32,000 nucleotides of DNA from Candidatus Saccharimonadota bacterium (GCF_013365495.1 NZ_CP046580.1:60001-92000); one strand, 5' to 3'; counted from the first letter of the stretch, positions 1 to 9,348 are shown. Numbers and translations are program-made. The notes: generated from the sequence alone by a model not told the origin.

Positions 1-1934
1 TTGTCTGCTTCATTATTCAATGATATAAAAGAATTATCGTTTTCTTTTATGATTTCCTCTATGTAATTTGGTTTACCTTGTGCTTTGAGATGATGAACTA
101 TATTTTGTACCTCATTATCGCTTACAAATGGACCATGAACTCGAATAATCTTGCCACCAGAAGCCATATAGAGCATGTCACCCATGCCAAGTAATTGTTC
201 AGCTCCTTGTTCACCGAGTATTGTACGGCTGTCTATTTTAGAGGTAACAGCAAAACTTATTCTCGTTGGAAAATTTGCTTTTATGACACCTGTTATTATA
301 TCTACAGATGGACGTTGTGTTGCCATTATAATGTGTATTCCTGCAGCACGAGCCATCTGAGCTAAGCGTTGAATAGAACGTTCTATATCTTTATCAGCAA
401 CGAGCATTAAGTCTGCTATTTCATCTACAACCACTACAATGTATGGCAATGTTTCCATTTTGATTGGAATTTTTTCAAATAGTGGCTTACCTTTTATTGA
501 ATCGAAGCCAATTTGCACAGTGTGCTTGAGTTCTGTTTTGTTACTTATTGCTTCTTTAATTCTTTGATTATAACTTATTATATTGCGGACATTTAAATAT
601 GACATTATGCGATAACGATTTTCCATCTCTTTTACTGTCCATTGGAGAGTAATTAAAGCTTTTTTAGGTTCTGTTACTACTGGTGTTATTAAATACGGTA
701 TTTGATTATATATTGAAAGCTCAAGCATTTTAGGATCAATCATTATCATTTTACATTTATTAGGGCTTAATCGGTAAACAAGTGAAAGAATCATAGTATT
801 AATCGCAACTGATTTTCCTGATCCTGTAGTTCCAGCAATAAGTAAGTGTGGCATTTTAGCTAAGTCGACAATAACTGGTCTTCCGTTTATTTCTTTACCA
901 AGTGCAATTGGAAGATTTAAGTTTGTATTTTGATAATCTGGAGATTCTAATAAATCACGTAGCATTACAATTTCTCGCTCCTTATTTGGTAGTTCTATTC
1001 CTATAGCATTTTGTCCACGAATTATTGAAATTCGTGCAGAAATTGCACTCATTGAACGTGCAATATCGTCTGCAAGAGAAATTATTTTTGCAGATTTTGT
1101 GCCAGCTTGTGGTTCAAGTTTGTATAAAGTTACAACTGGTCCATGACACACATTAATAATTTTTCCTTGTACGCCAAAATCGTTAAGAACTTGTTTTAGT
1201 AAAGATAAATTTTTATTGCTCTTTATTTTATTTAGATAATTTTTCTGCAAAGACTTTTTTACTTTGGAAAGTAAATTAATGCTTGGAAATTTGAATTTAT
1301 TAAAGGGTGTAAAAATTTTTTCAATATCTTTTTTTTCTCTTGTTTTTATTTTTTGTTTAGTAATAATTTGAACTTTATGCTTTTCTTTCGTTATTAATTG
1401 CGTAATTAAATATTTGGTGATTTTATATAACTTGAGAAACAGGACTTTTATAGAGAGGTAAGCTATTTTTTTATATGTGAAGAATAAATAGTAGGTAATT
1501 TTTTTCCAGCCAATCAATCCTATTGTACCTATTGACGCTGCTATAATAAATATGTAAGTTGGACAGTAGCTGATTAAAACGTTTCCTATTATTCCGCTAT
1601 GCATATATTTTTCAGTGATGCTAAGTGAGAGTTGTGGTAGTATAACGCATATTCCGAGATTAATTAATGTGAAATAGAAAATTTTTAGTAATCTTCTTGA
1701 TGATTTGAAACTTAAAAAGTAAACTATAGTTGTAACTATTGTAATACTAGTTAACCCAAAAAATTGGATTAATATATCAGCTAAGTATGAACCCACTATT
1801 CCAGCTAGATTTGTTGCCCTTTTATCTATAACTGTGTTTAAGGATGAATCTTTATAGCTATAGCTAAAAATTGATATATATATATATATTAGTAATAATA
1901 AGTATACTACTAACTTTAGGTATTTTTTTAGCAT
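1..1934 (-). CDS. ftsK: DNA translocase FtsK (N-terminal and motor portion; C-terminus lies beyond the window start)
   Basis: Missing from the supplied ORF track because it is open at the window edge. I translated the minus strand by hand from the ATG at 1934. The N-terminus is hydrophobic (MLKKYLKLVVYLLLLLIYIY...). The motor domain follows, with Walker A MPHLLIAGTTGSGKS (its Met codon at 854 is in frame with 1934), YIVVVVDEIADLM, and RLAQMARAAGIHIIMATQRPSVDIITG. The frame stays open to base 1. Confidence 0.93.
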   Translation of the reverse strand, partial: MLKKYLKLVVYLLLLIYIYISIFSYSYKDSSLNTVIDKRATNLAGIVGSYLADILIQFFGLTSITIVTTIVYFLSFKSSRRLLKIFYFTLINLGICVILPQLSLSITEKYMHSGIIGNVLISYCPTYIFIIAASIGTIGLIGWKKITYYLFFTYKKIAYLSIKVLFLKLYKITKYLITQLITKEKHKVQIITKQKIKTREKKDIEKIFTPFNKFKFPSINLLSKVKKSLQKNYLNKIKSNKNLSLLKQVLNDFGVQGKIINVCHGPVVTLYKLEPQAGTKSAKIISLADDIARSMSAISARISIIRGQNAIGIELPNKEREIVMLRDLLESPDYQNTNLNLPIALGKEINGRPVIVDLAKMPHLLIAGTTGSGKSVAINTMILSLVYRLSPNKCKMIMIDPKMLELSIYNQIPYLITPVVTEPKKALITLQWTVKEMENRYRIMSYLNVRNIISYNQRIKEAISNKTELKHTVQIGFDSIKGKPLFEKIPIKMETLPYIVVVVDEIADLMLVADKDIERSIQRLAQMARAAGIHIIMATQRPSVDIITGVIKANFPTRISFAVTSKIDSRTILGEQGAEQLLGMGDMLYMASGGKIIRVHGPFVSDNEVQNIVHHLKAQGKPNYIEEIIKENDNSFISLNNEAD

Positions 1935-1938
1935 CTAC

Positions 1939-2223
1939 TTAAAAGTAGTAATTCATTGTATATTTTATAAGGTGAATTGTTATTAACAATATCATTACGG
2001 ATAGATCTAATCCATTGAATGGTCGTATATATTTTCTGATAATTTTAAGTGGTGAGTAAGTTAATCGGTTCAAAGTTTGCATTGTGCTACTGACGGTCTC
2101 GTTATACATGTTAACTACGTTAAGCTTAATCAGCCAGTCCAAAATAACCCAACATATTAGAATTAAGCTGTAAAGATCAAGTAGTAAATTAAATAAGTAT
2201 ATGATTGGATGCATACACGCCAT
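1939..2223 (-). CDS. yggT: YggT family small integral membrane protein
   Basis: 94-aa track ORF with two hydrophobic segments. The central motif SPLKIIRKYIRPFNGLDLSVMILL fits the YggT signature (TxPxLxPxRxxIPxxGGxDxSP-like). Its stop lies 4 nt upstream of the ftsK start, which suggests an operon. Confidence 0.7.
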   Translation of the reverse strand: MACMHPIIYLFNLLLDLYSLILICWVILDWLIKLNVVNMYNETVSSTMQTLNRLTYSPLKIIRKYIRPFNGLDLSVMILLITIHLIKYTMNYYF

Positions 2224-2363
2224 TACATGTAAAGTTACTAAATATAAACATAAATATTTATAAATTTTGAATCAATCCCTTTTTTAATTAAAAGTTTTAT
2301 TTTGCTCTTTAATTTTATTTTTTTAGTTTAACTATCTATTGTAGAAAATATATTATTCTCTTC

Positions 2364-2440
2364 TATCTTAGAGTAAGAAAGTGCTATGCTAAAATGTTTA
2401 TATAGTATTAAAATGAGTTTTATCCTAGAGTAGGAAAGTA
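2364..2440. repeat. Pair of 20-bp imperfect direct repeats in the yggT/dnaN divergent spacer
   Basis: tatcttagagtaagaaagtg (2364-2383) and tatcctagagtaggaaagta (2421-2440) are identical at 17 of 20 positions, counted by hand. Their starts are 57 bp apart. Confidence 0.6.
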
Positions 2441-2510
2441 AGGTTTTCTTTTTTTTAATTTTTCCTATTCGTATAAGTTTAGGTAAATACCACTTTACTT
2501 TAAATGGAAT

Positions 2511-3710
2511 ATGAATATTATTTGGAATATATTTTTGAGACTGGGTAGTATGTCAGAAGTTGTAGGTATAAAGGAGGTAGAAATCAAAGAACCACGTTCT
2601 GTATGTAGACAAATACGTTTTAATGTGAATCGTACAAACCTTTTTAATACATTGTCTAAAATAACTGGAGTGGTTGAAAGGCACCATTCCATAAATGTTT
2701 TGGCGTGTGTAAATATTAAAGCACAGTATAGTAGTATAAAATTAATGGTTACTGATCTTGATATTTCAATATTTGCTTCGCTTATTGCAAGTGTATCAAT
2801 AGAAGGGGAGGTAAAGATTTCAGCATATACTTTACATAATATAGTAAAAAAGTTACCAGCCGATTTAGATGTTTATTTTGAAATGAATGATCGGGAAAAG
2901 TTATTAATATCTTGTGGAAATGCAAATTTTTCTTTACCGAATGTGATTTCAGATAATTTTCCTATTTTTGAAGAGGACGATTATAAGTATGATTTCACTT
3001 TACTAAGTACAGATTTGATTAATCTATTAACTAAAACAAAATTTGCAGTGTCTTTAGATGATACAAGATATAATTTAAATGGGATTTATCTGCATATAGA
3101 TAAACAATTTTTATGTTGTGTTGCAACTGATGGTCATCGATTGGCATGTATAAAAAGACCAAGGCCTGAGAATTTTAATAGTGAATTTGGTATAATTATT
3201 CCACGCAAAACTATTATGGAGTTATTAAAGATATTAGATGATTGTAGTGAAGTTAACATAAAATTTTCAAGTAGAAGAATTAAATTCACATGTGGTGAGT
3301 ATATTTTAATATCAAAATTAATAGATGGGACTTTTCCGGATTATAAAGCTGTTATTCCGGTATTTCAAGATAAACAAATGGTTGTTGAAAGCAGTAAACT
3401 AGCTAGTGTTATAGATCGAGTTTCTGTTGTTGTATCTGATAAGATAAAGTTTGTTAGGTTTTTATTACAGAAAAAATTGTTGACTTTACATTCAAATTCT
3501 CAAGAATGTAGTGATGCAACTGAGTTTATAGAGGTGGATTATAATGGACCTTCTGTAGAGATAGGATTCAATTCGCGTTATTTGATTGATGTTTTATCTT
3601 GTATAAAAGGTAAATGTAAATTTAGTTTGGCTGGTAGTAACAATGCTATAATTATCACTGATGAAGATGATCTTAATGTGTTATATATAGTGATGCCAAT
3701 GAGAACTTGA
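2511..3710 (+). CDS. dnaN: DNA polymerase III beta sliding clamp
   Basis: 399-aa track ORF. Clamp motifs present: LMVTDLDISI, GIYLHIDKQFLCCVATDGHRLA, GTFPDYKAVIP, EIGFNSRYLIDVL, and the C-terminal YIVMPMRT. The start is uncertain. Homology to canonical DnaN begins near IRFNVNRTNLF, and alternative starts are discussed in the findings. Confidence 0.9.
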   Translation: MNIIWNIFLRLGSMSEVVGIKEVEIKEPRSVCRQIRFNVNRTNLFNTLSKITGVVERHHSINVLACVNIKAQYSSIKLMVTDLDISIFASLIASVSIEGEVKISAYTLHNIVKKLPADLDVYFEMNDREKLLISCGNANFSLPNVISDNFPIFEEDDYKYDFTLLSTDLINLLTKTKFAVSLDDTRYNLNGIYLHIDKQFLCCVATDGHRLACIKRPRPENFNSEFGIIIPRKTIMELLKILDDCSEVNIKFSSRRIKFTCGEYILISKLIDGTFPDYKAVIPVFQDKQMVVESSKLASVIDRVSVVVSDKIKFVRFLLQKKLLTLHSNSQECSDATEFIEVDYNGPSVEIGFNSRYLIDVLSCIKGKCKFSLAGSNNAIIITDEDDLNVLYIVMPMRT

Positions 3711-3713
3711 GCA

Positions 3714-4451
3714 TTAATAATCTATTTTCATTAAGTATAGGCCATAGGGTGGTGCAGTAACTCCGGCAGCTTTTCTTTTGTGTTGTTTTAATATATTTAG
3801 CATTTCTTGTGGATTAGTTTTATTTTTTCCAAATTCGACTAAAGTGCCGACAATGATTCTCACTTGGTTATGTAAAAAGGAAATAGCAGATATTTGAATA
3901 TATATATGATTTTCATTTTTAATTATTTTAATATCATCAATTGATCTTATCAAATTTTTAGCTTGACAATTTTTTGGGCAAAAACTTGAAAAATTGTGTT
4001 TCCCAAGTAGGTGTTTAGCTGCCTTGCGCATAATATCTACATCAAGTGGGCTAAATACTTGCCATACATAACCAACTTCCAAAGCTGTAGGAGCATAACG
4101 GTTGATTATTCTGTATTCATAATGTCTTTTTTTTGCTGAAAATCGTGAATGAAATGTATTATCTACAATTTCTACATTAAGTATAGCTACTGGAGTTGGT
4201 TTTAGGTAATAATTTATTGCGGTTTTTATTTTATGTAGCTCGAATTCTTTTTTCATGTCGAAATGAGCAACTTGCCCTAAAGCATGAACTCCTGCGTCAG
4301 TTCTTCCACCACAGTATAAAGTAATCTTTTCGCCACTAAAGTTAAATATCGCATTTTCTATAGTTTCCTGAATTGAATTGTTAGAATGCTGCTGTTTTTG
4401 CCAACCAGAGAAACTGCTACCATTATATTCTGTTGTTATTTTATATCGCAT
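3714..4451 (-). CDS. truA: tRNA pseudouridine(38-40) synthase TruA
   Basis: 245-aa track ORF. GGRTDAGVHALGQVAHF holds the catalytic-Asp RTDxGVHA motif of the TruA family. The length is typical. Confidence 0.92.
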   Translation of the reverse strand: MRYKITTEYNGSSFSGWQKQQHSNNSIQETIENAIFNFSGEKITLYCGGRTDAGVHALGQVAHFDMKKEFELHKIKTAINYYLKPTPVAILNVEIVDNTFHSRFSAKKRHYEYRIINRYAPTALEVGYVWQVFSPLDVDIMRKAAKHLLGKHNFSSFCPKNCQAKNLIRSIDDIKIIKNENHIYIQISAISFLHNQVRIIVGTLVEFGKNKTNPQEMLNILKQHKRKAAGVTAPPYGLYLMKIDY

Positions 4452-4822
4452 TGCAAATTTAAATTTTCTATTTGAATATATTTTAAGATAGCTAATTTAG
4501 CTATGATAATATTCATATTAAAAAAAACTTTGTAGGGTGGTATACATGTTTAATTGGTATTTAAGTTATATAGGTTAATAAATAGTTATTGTAAGCAATC
4601 TTTAAGAATTAAAAAAAATAATAGCAAAGTGGTGTGCAATGCAATTCAAACTGAAAGATTTTTATTGTAGAGAGTTGTAGAAATTTTAAATATTTAGTTC
4701 TAAGAATTGGGGAAACTTTTTATGTATACTTAAATTACTCAAAGCATAAAAAGGATAATATATGCATTTGTCGTATATTGATGTAAAATTGTGTTGTTAT
4801 AATATGTTTGTGAAGTTAAAAT

Positions 4823-4888
4823 AGTACTGATTAATAGTTTAAAGGTCAAGTACTGAAAATAGTTTGCATATTGTTAGTACTAATGTTT
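4823..4888. repeat. Decayed tandem repeat, period about 26-27 bp, three copies
   Basis: agtactgattaatagttt (4823), agtactgaaaatagttt (4849) and agtactaatgttt (4876). The first two differ by only one small indel or substitution. The third is more degenerate. Confidence 0.5.
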
Positions 4889-6441
4889 AAGTGCAGTTAT
4901 GTAATTATTGATTCTTTTACAAAATTAAATCCAAAGTTGAAATTAAAGGAAATATTGATGATAGTTGTAAGTTACTAAGTAAGATTTTTAAATTATACAG
5001 TATGAAAGTTTAATATATAGTTTAAAGTAGGTTATATGTTACGTTTATTGATTGAATTAATGTAAAAATAGAGGTAATATATATATAATCTTGAAATTGC
5101 TTATATAATGAATATATGAAAGTTTTTTCCTCTCACACTAAGAATTGATTTAAGAAGGGTAGGTTGTATAGAGTGAAAGATTATGATACTTAAAGTATAA
5201 GTAAAGCTATATACAATAAGGTTGTTTCTTTTTGAAGAAGTAAGTACTATAAATATATATAAAACTTGGAGAAGTAATAATATAAGTAAAAGTGTATGTA
5301 AAAGAGCTGGTACTTAAATTATTATACAAACATAGTAAGGAAGTTAAAAGACTATCTTAGGTTACAAATAAAATAGAAATAGGGGTTTATTCAGAAATTT
5401 AGTAATATTTCTTTTAGAATGAAAGAAAAAAGTAGATTTTTGGAAGGTTTATTATTCTAATTTTAACTTCTGTAAAGGTAAAGTGCTGTAAGTAATGGTA
5501 AAAAGTTTATGAATGGAATAAGGTAAAATTATATTTATCCTTTTTTTGAAAAGTCTTTTTTTTCTTATTTTAATGGCTTTTTTATTAGTTAACTCAAATC
5601 TGTTAAATTTATATTTTTTGTTTTGTCCATTGAGACTAATTTTTAATAATATATTATGATAATATATTTGTGAACTTTATTGTACTTCAATTATTAGATC
5701 TTGAGATTTCTAAAAATATTGGTATTTTTTGATTTAGCTTCTTTAAAATCCTTTTTAAAATCTAATGTATTAAAGATTTTATAAAGTAATTTATAAATAT
5801 TCTTTTTTGATTGCGTTAATGAAAGAAAATTACTGCAAAATAATAGTAATGAGTATGTTTAATTAATATTAATTTATTTTTAATTATATTTGTTTTAAGT
5901 TACTGTTTTAAATGAATTAACTAAATATAAATTTTAATATTATTAGTTTTTAAAATAAAGTGCTTTTATTTTAGCAGCGCTTTTCTTTTGAATTTTTTTT
6001 ATTATTATTAACAGTTAATCAATATGTTCAATATGTAATGTTAGTTAATAATTAATTTTTATTTCTAATTTTTAATTAGATTATTGAAATATTTTGGTGC
6101 TTATATTAATGTGATCCTTTTTTTGATAAAATTTGTATTTTATTATTTTTATTTTATGTAGCTATTTTATCGTATTTTAAGTAAAAAATATTCATTTAAT
6201 GAAAAATTGTTTTTACTAGTTTAATAATTTGTGTAATACAAAGAAAAAATTTTTTGGGGTATATAAGATTTGTTTGTTGATTCATTTATTCTTTATTTAA
6301 TGAAAAAAAATGCTCACTTTTTGAGAAAATAAAGTGTAAAGACAGTAAAAAATTTTTACTTTGGGAAAAGTGAAACTTTTAAAGTTAGTAGTTAGAAGGA
6401 AGAAGGTTATGTTATAGATTTTTATTTTATTAAAATTTTAT

Positions 6442-6465
6442 GAAAAAATATTATTATAATAATAT
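6442..6465 (-). terminator. Candidate weak intrinsic terminator after tRNA-Lys
   Basis: An 18-bp perfect all-A/T palindrome (6448-6465, checked pair by pair) sits 6 nt downstream of the tRNA 3' end on the minus strand. Five T residues follow on that strand (complement of a6443-a6447). The stem has no G:C pairs, so it would be weak. Confidence 0.3.
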
Positions 6466-6470
6466 ATCGA

Positions 6471-6543
6471 TGATCCCGGCGCGAGTCGAACGCGCGACCT
6501 ACTGATTAAAAGTCAGTTGCTCTACCAACTGAGCTACGGGATC
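6471..6543 (-). tRNA. tRNA-Lys (anticodon UUU)
   Basis: The reverse complement folds by hand into a full 73-nt cloverleaf: GAUCCCG-UA-GCUC-AGUUGGUA-GAGC-A-ACUGA-CUUUUAA-UCAGU-AGGUC-GCGCG-UUCGACU-CGCGC-CGGGAUC-A. Every stem is Watson-Crick paired. The 3' CCA is not encoded. Confidence 0.95.
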
Positions 6544-6570
6544 ATTTCATTTTTTAGTTATATAAACATG

Positions 6571-6599
6571 AATATATCTTTATATTTATTTTTAATCAA
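6571..6599 (-). promoter_or_regulatory. Candidate sigma70-type promoter for tRNA-Lys
   Basis: The minus strand reads TTGATT (6599-6594), a 17-nt spacer, then TATATT (6576-6571), about 27 nt upstream of the tRNA 5' end. Such matches arise easily in AT-rich DNA. Confidence 0.3.
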
Positions 6600-6643
6600 A
6601 CTGAAATTTTATAATATATTAATGCATATATTATAATAGCTTC

Positions 6644-6671
6644 TTGACAAAAATTTAGTACTTCTTAAGCT
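6644..6671 (+). promoter_or_regulatory. Candidate sigma70-type promoter for tRNA-Ala
   Basis: A consensus TTGACA (6644-6649), a 16-nt spacer, then TAAGCT (6666-6671), about 37 nt upstream of the tRNA 5' end. Confidence 0.3.
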
Positions 6672-6707
6672 TTTAGCTTAAGTTAGTTTGTCCTAATAAT
6701 AATACTG

Positions 6708-6779
6708 GGGGGCATAGCTCAGCGGTAGAGCATCTGTTTTGCACGCAGAGGGTCAGCGGTTCAATCCCGCTTGCCTCCA
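6708..6779 (+). tRNA. tRNA-Ala (anticodon UGC)
   Basis: Hand-folded 72-nt cloverleaf: GGGGGCA-UA-GCUC-AGCGGUA-GAGC-A-UCUGU-UUUGCAC-GCAGA-GGGUC-AGCGG-UUCAAUC-CCGCU-UGCCUCC-A. The G3:U70 alanine identity pair is present. CCA is not encoded. The gene stands alone and is not in an rRNA spacer. Confidence 0.95.
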
Positions 6780-6896
6780 CACCACATTATGGTTATTTAA
6801 TCTTATAAAATAAGAGTAATTTAATTTTAAATAGTAAATTCAATGTAATTGAGTAATCTTTAAATAAAATAATTAGTAAGTTAATAAAAAAACTAC

Positions 6897-6924
6897 TTGT
6901 AACTAATTGTTAATATTGTATAGT
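6897..6924 (+). promoter_or_regulatory. Candidate promoter for rpsA
   Basis: TTGTAA (6897-6902), a 16-nt spacer ending in TG, then TATAGT (6919-6924). It lies inside the TTG-initiated 5' extension of the track ORF, which supports the ATG at 6958 as the real start. Confidence 0.3.
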
Positions 6925-6957
6925 ATATTACTTTTAATTAAATTTAGACTAAAAAAT

Positions 6958-8610
6958 ATGAATAATAATGATCTAGTTGTGAGTTTACCGATTAGTATTA
7001 AAAAACTGTCGTCGAATAGGTTTGTAGACGAAGTATATCAAGGTCAGTTTGAAAATCAAAGTAATGTTTTATTTGAAGATTCTTTTATCAAAAAAATTAA
7101 GGAAGGAGATGTAGTAGAAGGTGTAATTATACGAGTGAATCTTAGCGATATTGTAGTTGACGTTGGCTTAAAATCTGATGGGAGGATTCCAATTAAAGAA
7201 CTTGGTTGTGACGATAAGATAGCTGTTGGTTCTAAGATTATGGTATATGTAGAAAAAATTGAAGATTATCATGGTAATGTAATTTTGAGTCGTGAAAAAG
7301 CAATTAGAGATGAAAGATGGCATAAACTAGAAGAAGATGCAGATACTCAAACTGAAATAAGTGGAATTATTAAACGGTCAATTAAATGTGGTTTTATTGT
7401 TGACCTTGGTGATGGAATAAGTGCCTTTTTGCCTTTGAGCCATGTAGATTTAAAACAAGCAAAAGATGCTAAACATCTTATTGAAACTGAGCAAAAATTT
7501 ATCGTACTTAAAGTGGATAAAAAACAAGGTAACATTGTAGTATCAAGAAAATTGGTATTAGAAAAATTGCATGCTGGTGAAAAAATTAAGTTTTTAGAAT
7601 CTCTTAATGAGGGTGATATAATAGAAGGTAAAATAAAGAGCATTACTCATTACGGTGTATTTGTTGGTATTCATGAATCAGATCTAGTAGGGATTGTGGA
7701 TGGATTATTACACATTACAGATATCTCTTGGAGTAGAATAAGTCATCCTTCTGCGGTTTTTGCTTGTGGTCAGACTATAAAAGTTAAAGTTATAAAAATA
7801 GATAAAGAAAATGCTAAAATTTCTTTAGGTATAAAGCAGCTAGAGGATAATCCTTGGCATGATATAGAGTTAAAATATCCAGTTGATAGTGTACATAGAG
7901 GTCATGTAACTAGCATAGAAGACTATGGAGTGTTTGTTGAACTTAAGCCTGGAATTGAAGGCTTAGTACACTCATCAGAGATAACTTGGATTAAGAACAA
8001 TTTGCCAATTAGTAGTCTCGTGACTAGAGGAAAAGAAGTGCTTGTCAAGATTCTTAGTATTGATACTATTAAGAATAGAATGAGTTTAAGTATGAAGAGA
8101 TGTGTAAATAATCCTTGGCAAGTGTTTATTGATAAATATCCTCCTGGTTCTATTATTTCTGGTAAAATTAAGAGTAATACTGGTTTATATATGTCTATTG
8201 TTTTTGATGATTGTGAGATAGATGAGAATGTTGAGGGGACAATTTATGCACAAGATATAAGTTGGTCTAGGAATAGTTTAGATCAAATAAAAAAATATAA
8301 TATTAATGATACAATAGAAGCGAAAGTAATAAGGGCCAACGTAAATCGGGCAAGGATTTATCTTGGTATAAAGCAAATAAAGTATGACCCTCTTATAGAA
8401 TTGATAAAGAAGGTAAGAGTAGGTGATAAAATGCATGCTCTTATAAGTAAGAGAGAAGATAACGGGTTAATTGTTGAAGTTGAAAATGGTGTAACTCTTT
8501 TGATTAATCAAGAGCATTTGCCGGAAGATAGAAGGTTTTCTATATCAGAAAAAATAGAAGTAAAAGTGTTGGGAGTTGAAGCATATAATATAGTGTTATC
8601 TGCTAGATGA
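6958..8610 (+). CDS. rpsA: 30S ribosomal protein S1
   Basis: The track ORF is 6907-8610 and starts at TTG. I prefer the ATG at 6958 (MNNNDLVVSL...). Six tandem S1/OB repeats are recognisable, for example GDVVEGVIIRV, ISGIIKRSIKCGFIVDLG, IEGKIKSITHYGVFVGI, HRGHVTSIEDYGVFVEL and ISGKIKSNTGLYMSI. Confidence 0.93.
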   Translation: MNNNDLVVSLPISIKKLSSNRFVDEVYQGQFENQSNVLFEDSFIKKIKEGDVVEGVIIRVNLSDIVVDVGLKSDGRIPIKELGCDDKIAVGSKIMVYVEKIEDYHGNVILSREKAIRDERWHKLEEDADTQTEISGIIKRSIKCGFIVDLGDGISAFLPLSHVDLKQAKDAKHLIETEQKFIVLKVDKKQGNIVVSRKLVLEKLHAGEKIKFLESLNEGDIIEGKIKSITHYGVFVGIHESDLVGIVDGLLHITDISWSRISHPSAVFACGQTIKVKVIKIDKENAKISLGIKQLEDNPWHDIELKYPVDSVHRGHVTSIEDYGVFVELKPGIEGLVHSSEITWIKNNLPISSLVTRGKEVLVKILSIDTIKNRMSLSMKRCVNNPWQVFIDKYPPGSIISGKIKSNTGLYMSIVFDDCEIDENVEGTIYAQDISWSRNSLDQIKKYNINDTIEAKVIRANVNRARIYLGIKQIKYDPLIELIKKVRVGDKMHALISKREDNGLIVEVENGVTLLINQEHLPEDRRFSISEKIEVKVLGVEAYNIVLSAR

Positions 8611-9069
8611 TTTGGGGTTTTAATTTGTATAATATAAAGCAAAATCATTTAGAATAACAAGTAGAGCTTACATACATGAGGGGAGATTTATGAGATAAGA
8701 GGGATTCTAATTTATAGACTTTAGTATAGATTTTTTTTATATTGAGGTTATGCTTTCAAGCGTATTAATAACATTGAAGTTGGAATATGCTCTTAATTTA
8801 TATAAAAGAGATGGTTAAAGTAGTGGCTAAAGGTTTTTAGTGTAATGCATATGTATATAGTTAGGAGTAGTTATATATAAGTTTTATTGAAGTAAGATAT
8901 CTTTTAAAAAATAGAAAAGTGGTGAATTAATTTTTTCGTTTTTATGCACCTTCTTTCTACTTTTGGAAAAGTTTTAGAACTTATGTAGGATTAAATAAAG
9001 TACATTAGAAATGTAAAAAGTATAGAAGTAAAAAAAGGTTTAGGATACATTAAGAATTAGGTAATAATA

Positions 9070-9348
9070 TTATTGAATATACGTATATAAATTGGATTCA
9101 ATAAAATAAATAATCAGGTTAATAATTCTGCTGTCTATATTAGGGGAAAGGTTTGCTTTATATAATAAATGATGATATAATTCATAGTCATCAAGATTAA
9201 TTATTTTTTCATATTCAATTAGTTCATTTAAAGAGAATTTATTAAGATACTCTAGTGCAAAATGTCCTAAAAGGATATCAATTTCTTTGCATCCTCTATA
9301 CCAGCTTCTATACATTAGTTTTTTTTTCAATAAAGAGATATTTGTCAT
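9070..9348 (-). CDS. sdhE: Succinate dehydrogenase flavinylation/assembly factor SdhE (SDHAF2/DUF339 family)
   Basis: 92-aa track ORF. KKKLMYRSWYRGCKEIDILLGHFALEYLNKFSLNELIEYEKIINLDDYELYHHLL matches the SdhE pattern (RLxxRSRRGxxELDxxLxxF...L...EL..FE.LL...D.DLY.W). Confidence 0.75.
   Translation of the reverse strand: MTNISLLKKKLMYRSWYRGCKEIDILLGHFALEYLNKFSLNELIEYEKIINLDDYELYHHLLYKANLSPNIDSRIINLIIYFIESNLYTYIQ

Noticed and set aside
2224-2510. Possible oriC next to dnaN
   Set aside because: I saw only one weak DnaA-box-like word (TTATCCTAG, 6 of 9 match). dnaA is not adjacent, and there is no cluster of boxes. From memory, reported origins in this family lie elsewhere and are not next to dnaN. 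I kept only the direct-repeat observation.
4452-6470. Search of the long spacers for housekeeping ncRNAs (tmRNA, RNase P RNA, SRP/4.5S RNA, 6S RNA) and extra tRNAs
   Set aside because: I found no conserved cores, such as GAGGAAAGUCC for RNase P, a tRNA-like GGUUCGA T-arm plus acceptor, or the SRP GGAA/AGCA helix 8 motifs. The only T-arm-like sequences belong to the two annotated tRNAs. A covariance-model scan would still be the proper test.
6609-6636. 11-bp all-A/T stem with a 6-nt loop between the two tRNA genes
   Set aside because: It is short, made only of A/T pairs, and lies in the divergent promoter region. Hairpins like this are expected by chance at this composition, and it has no clear role beyond the proposed promoters.
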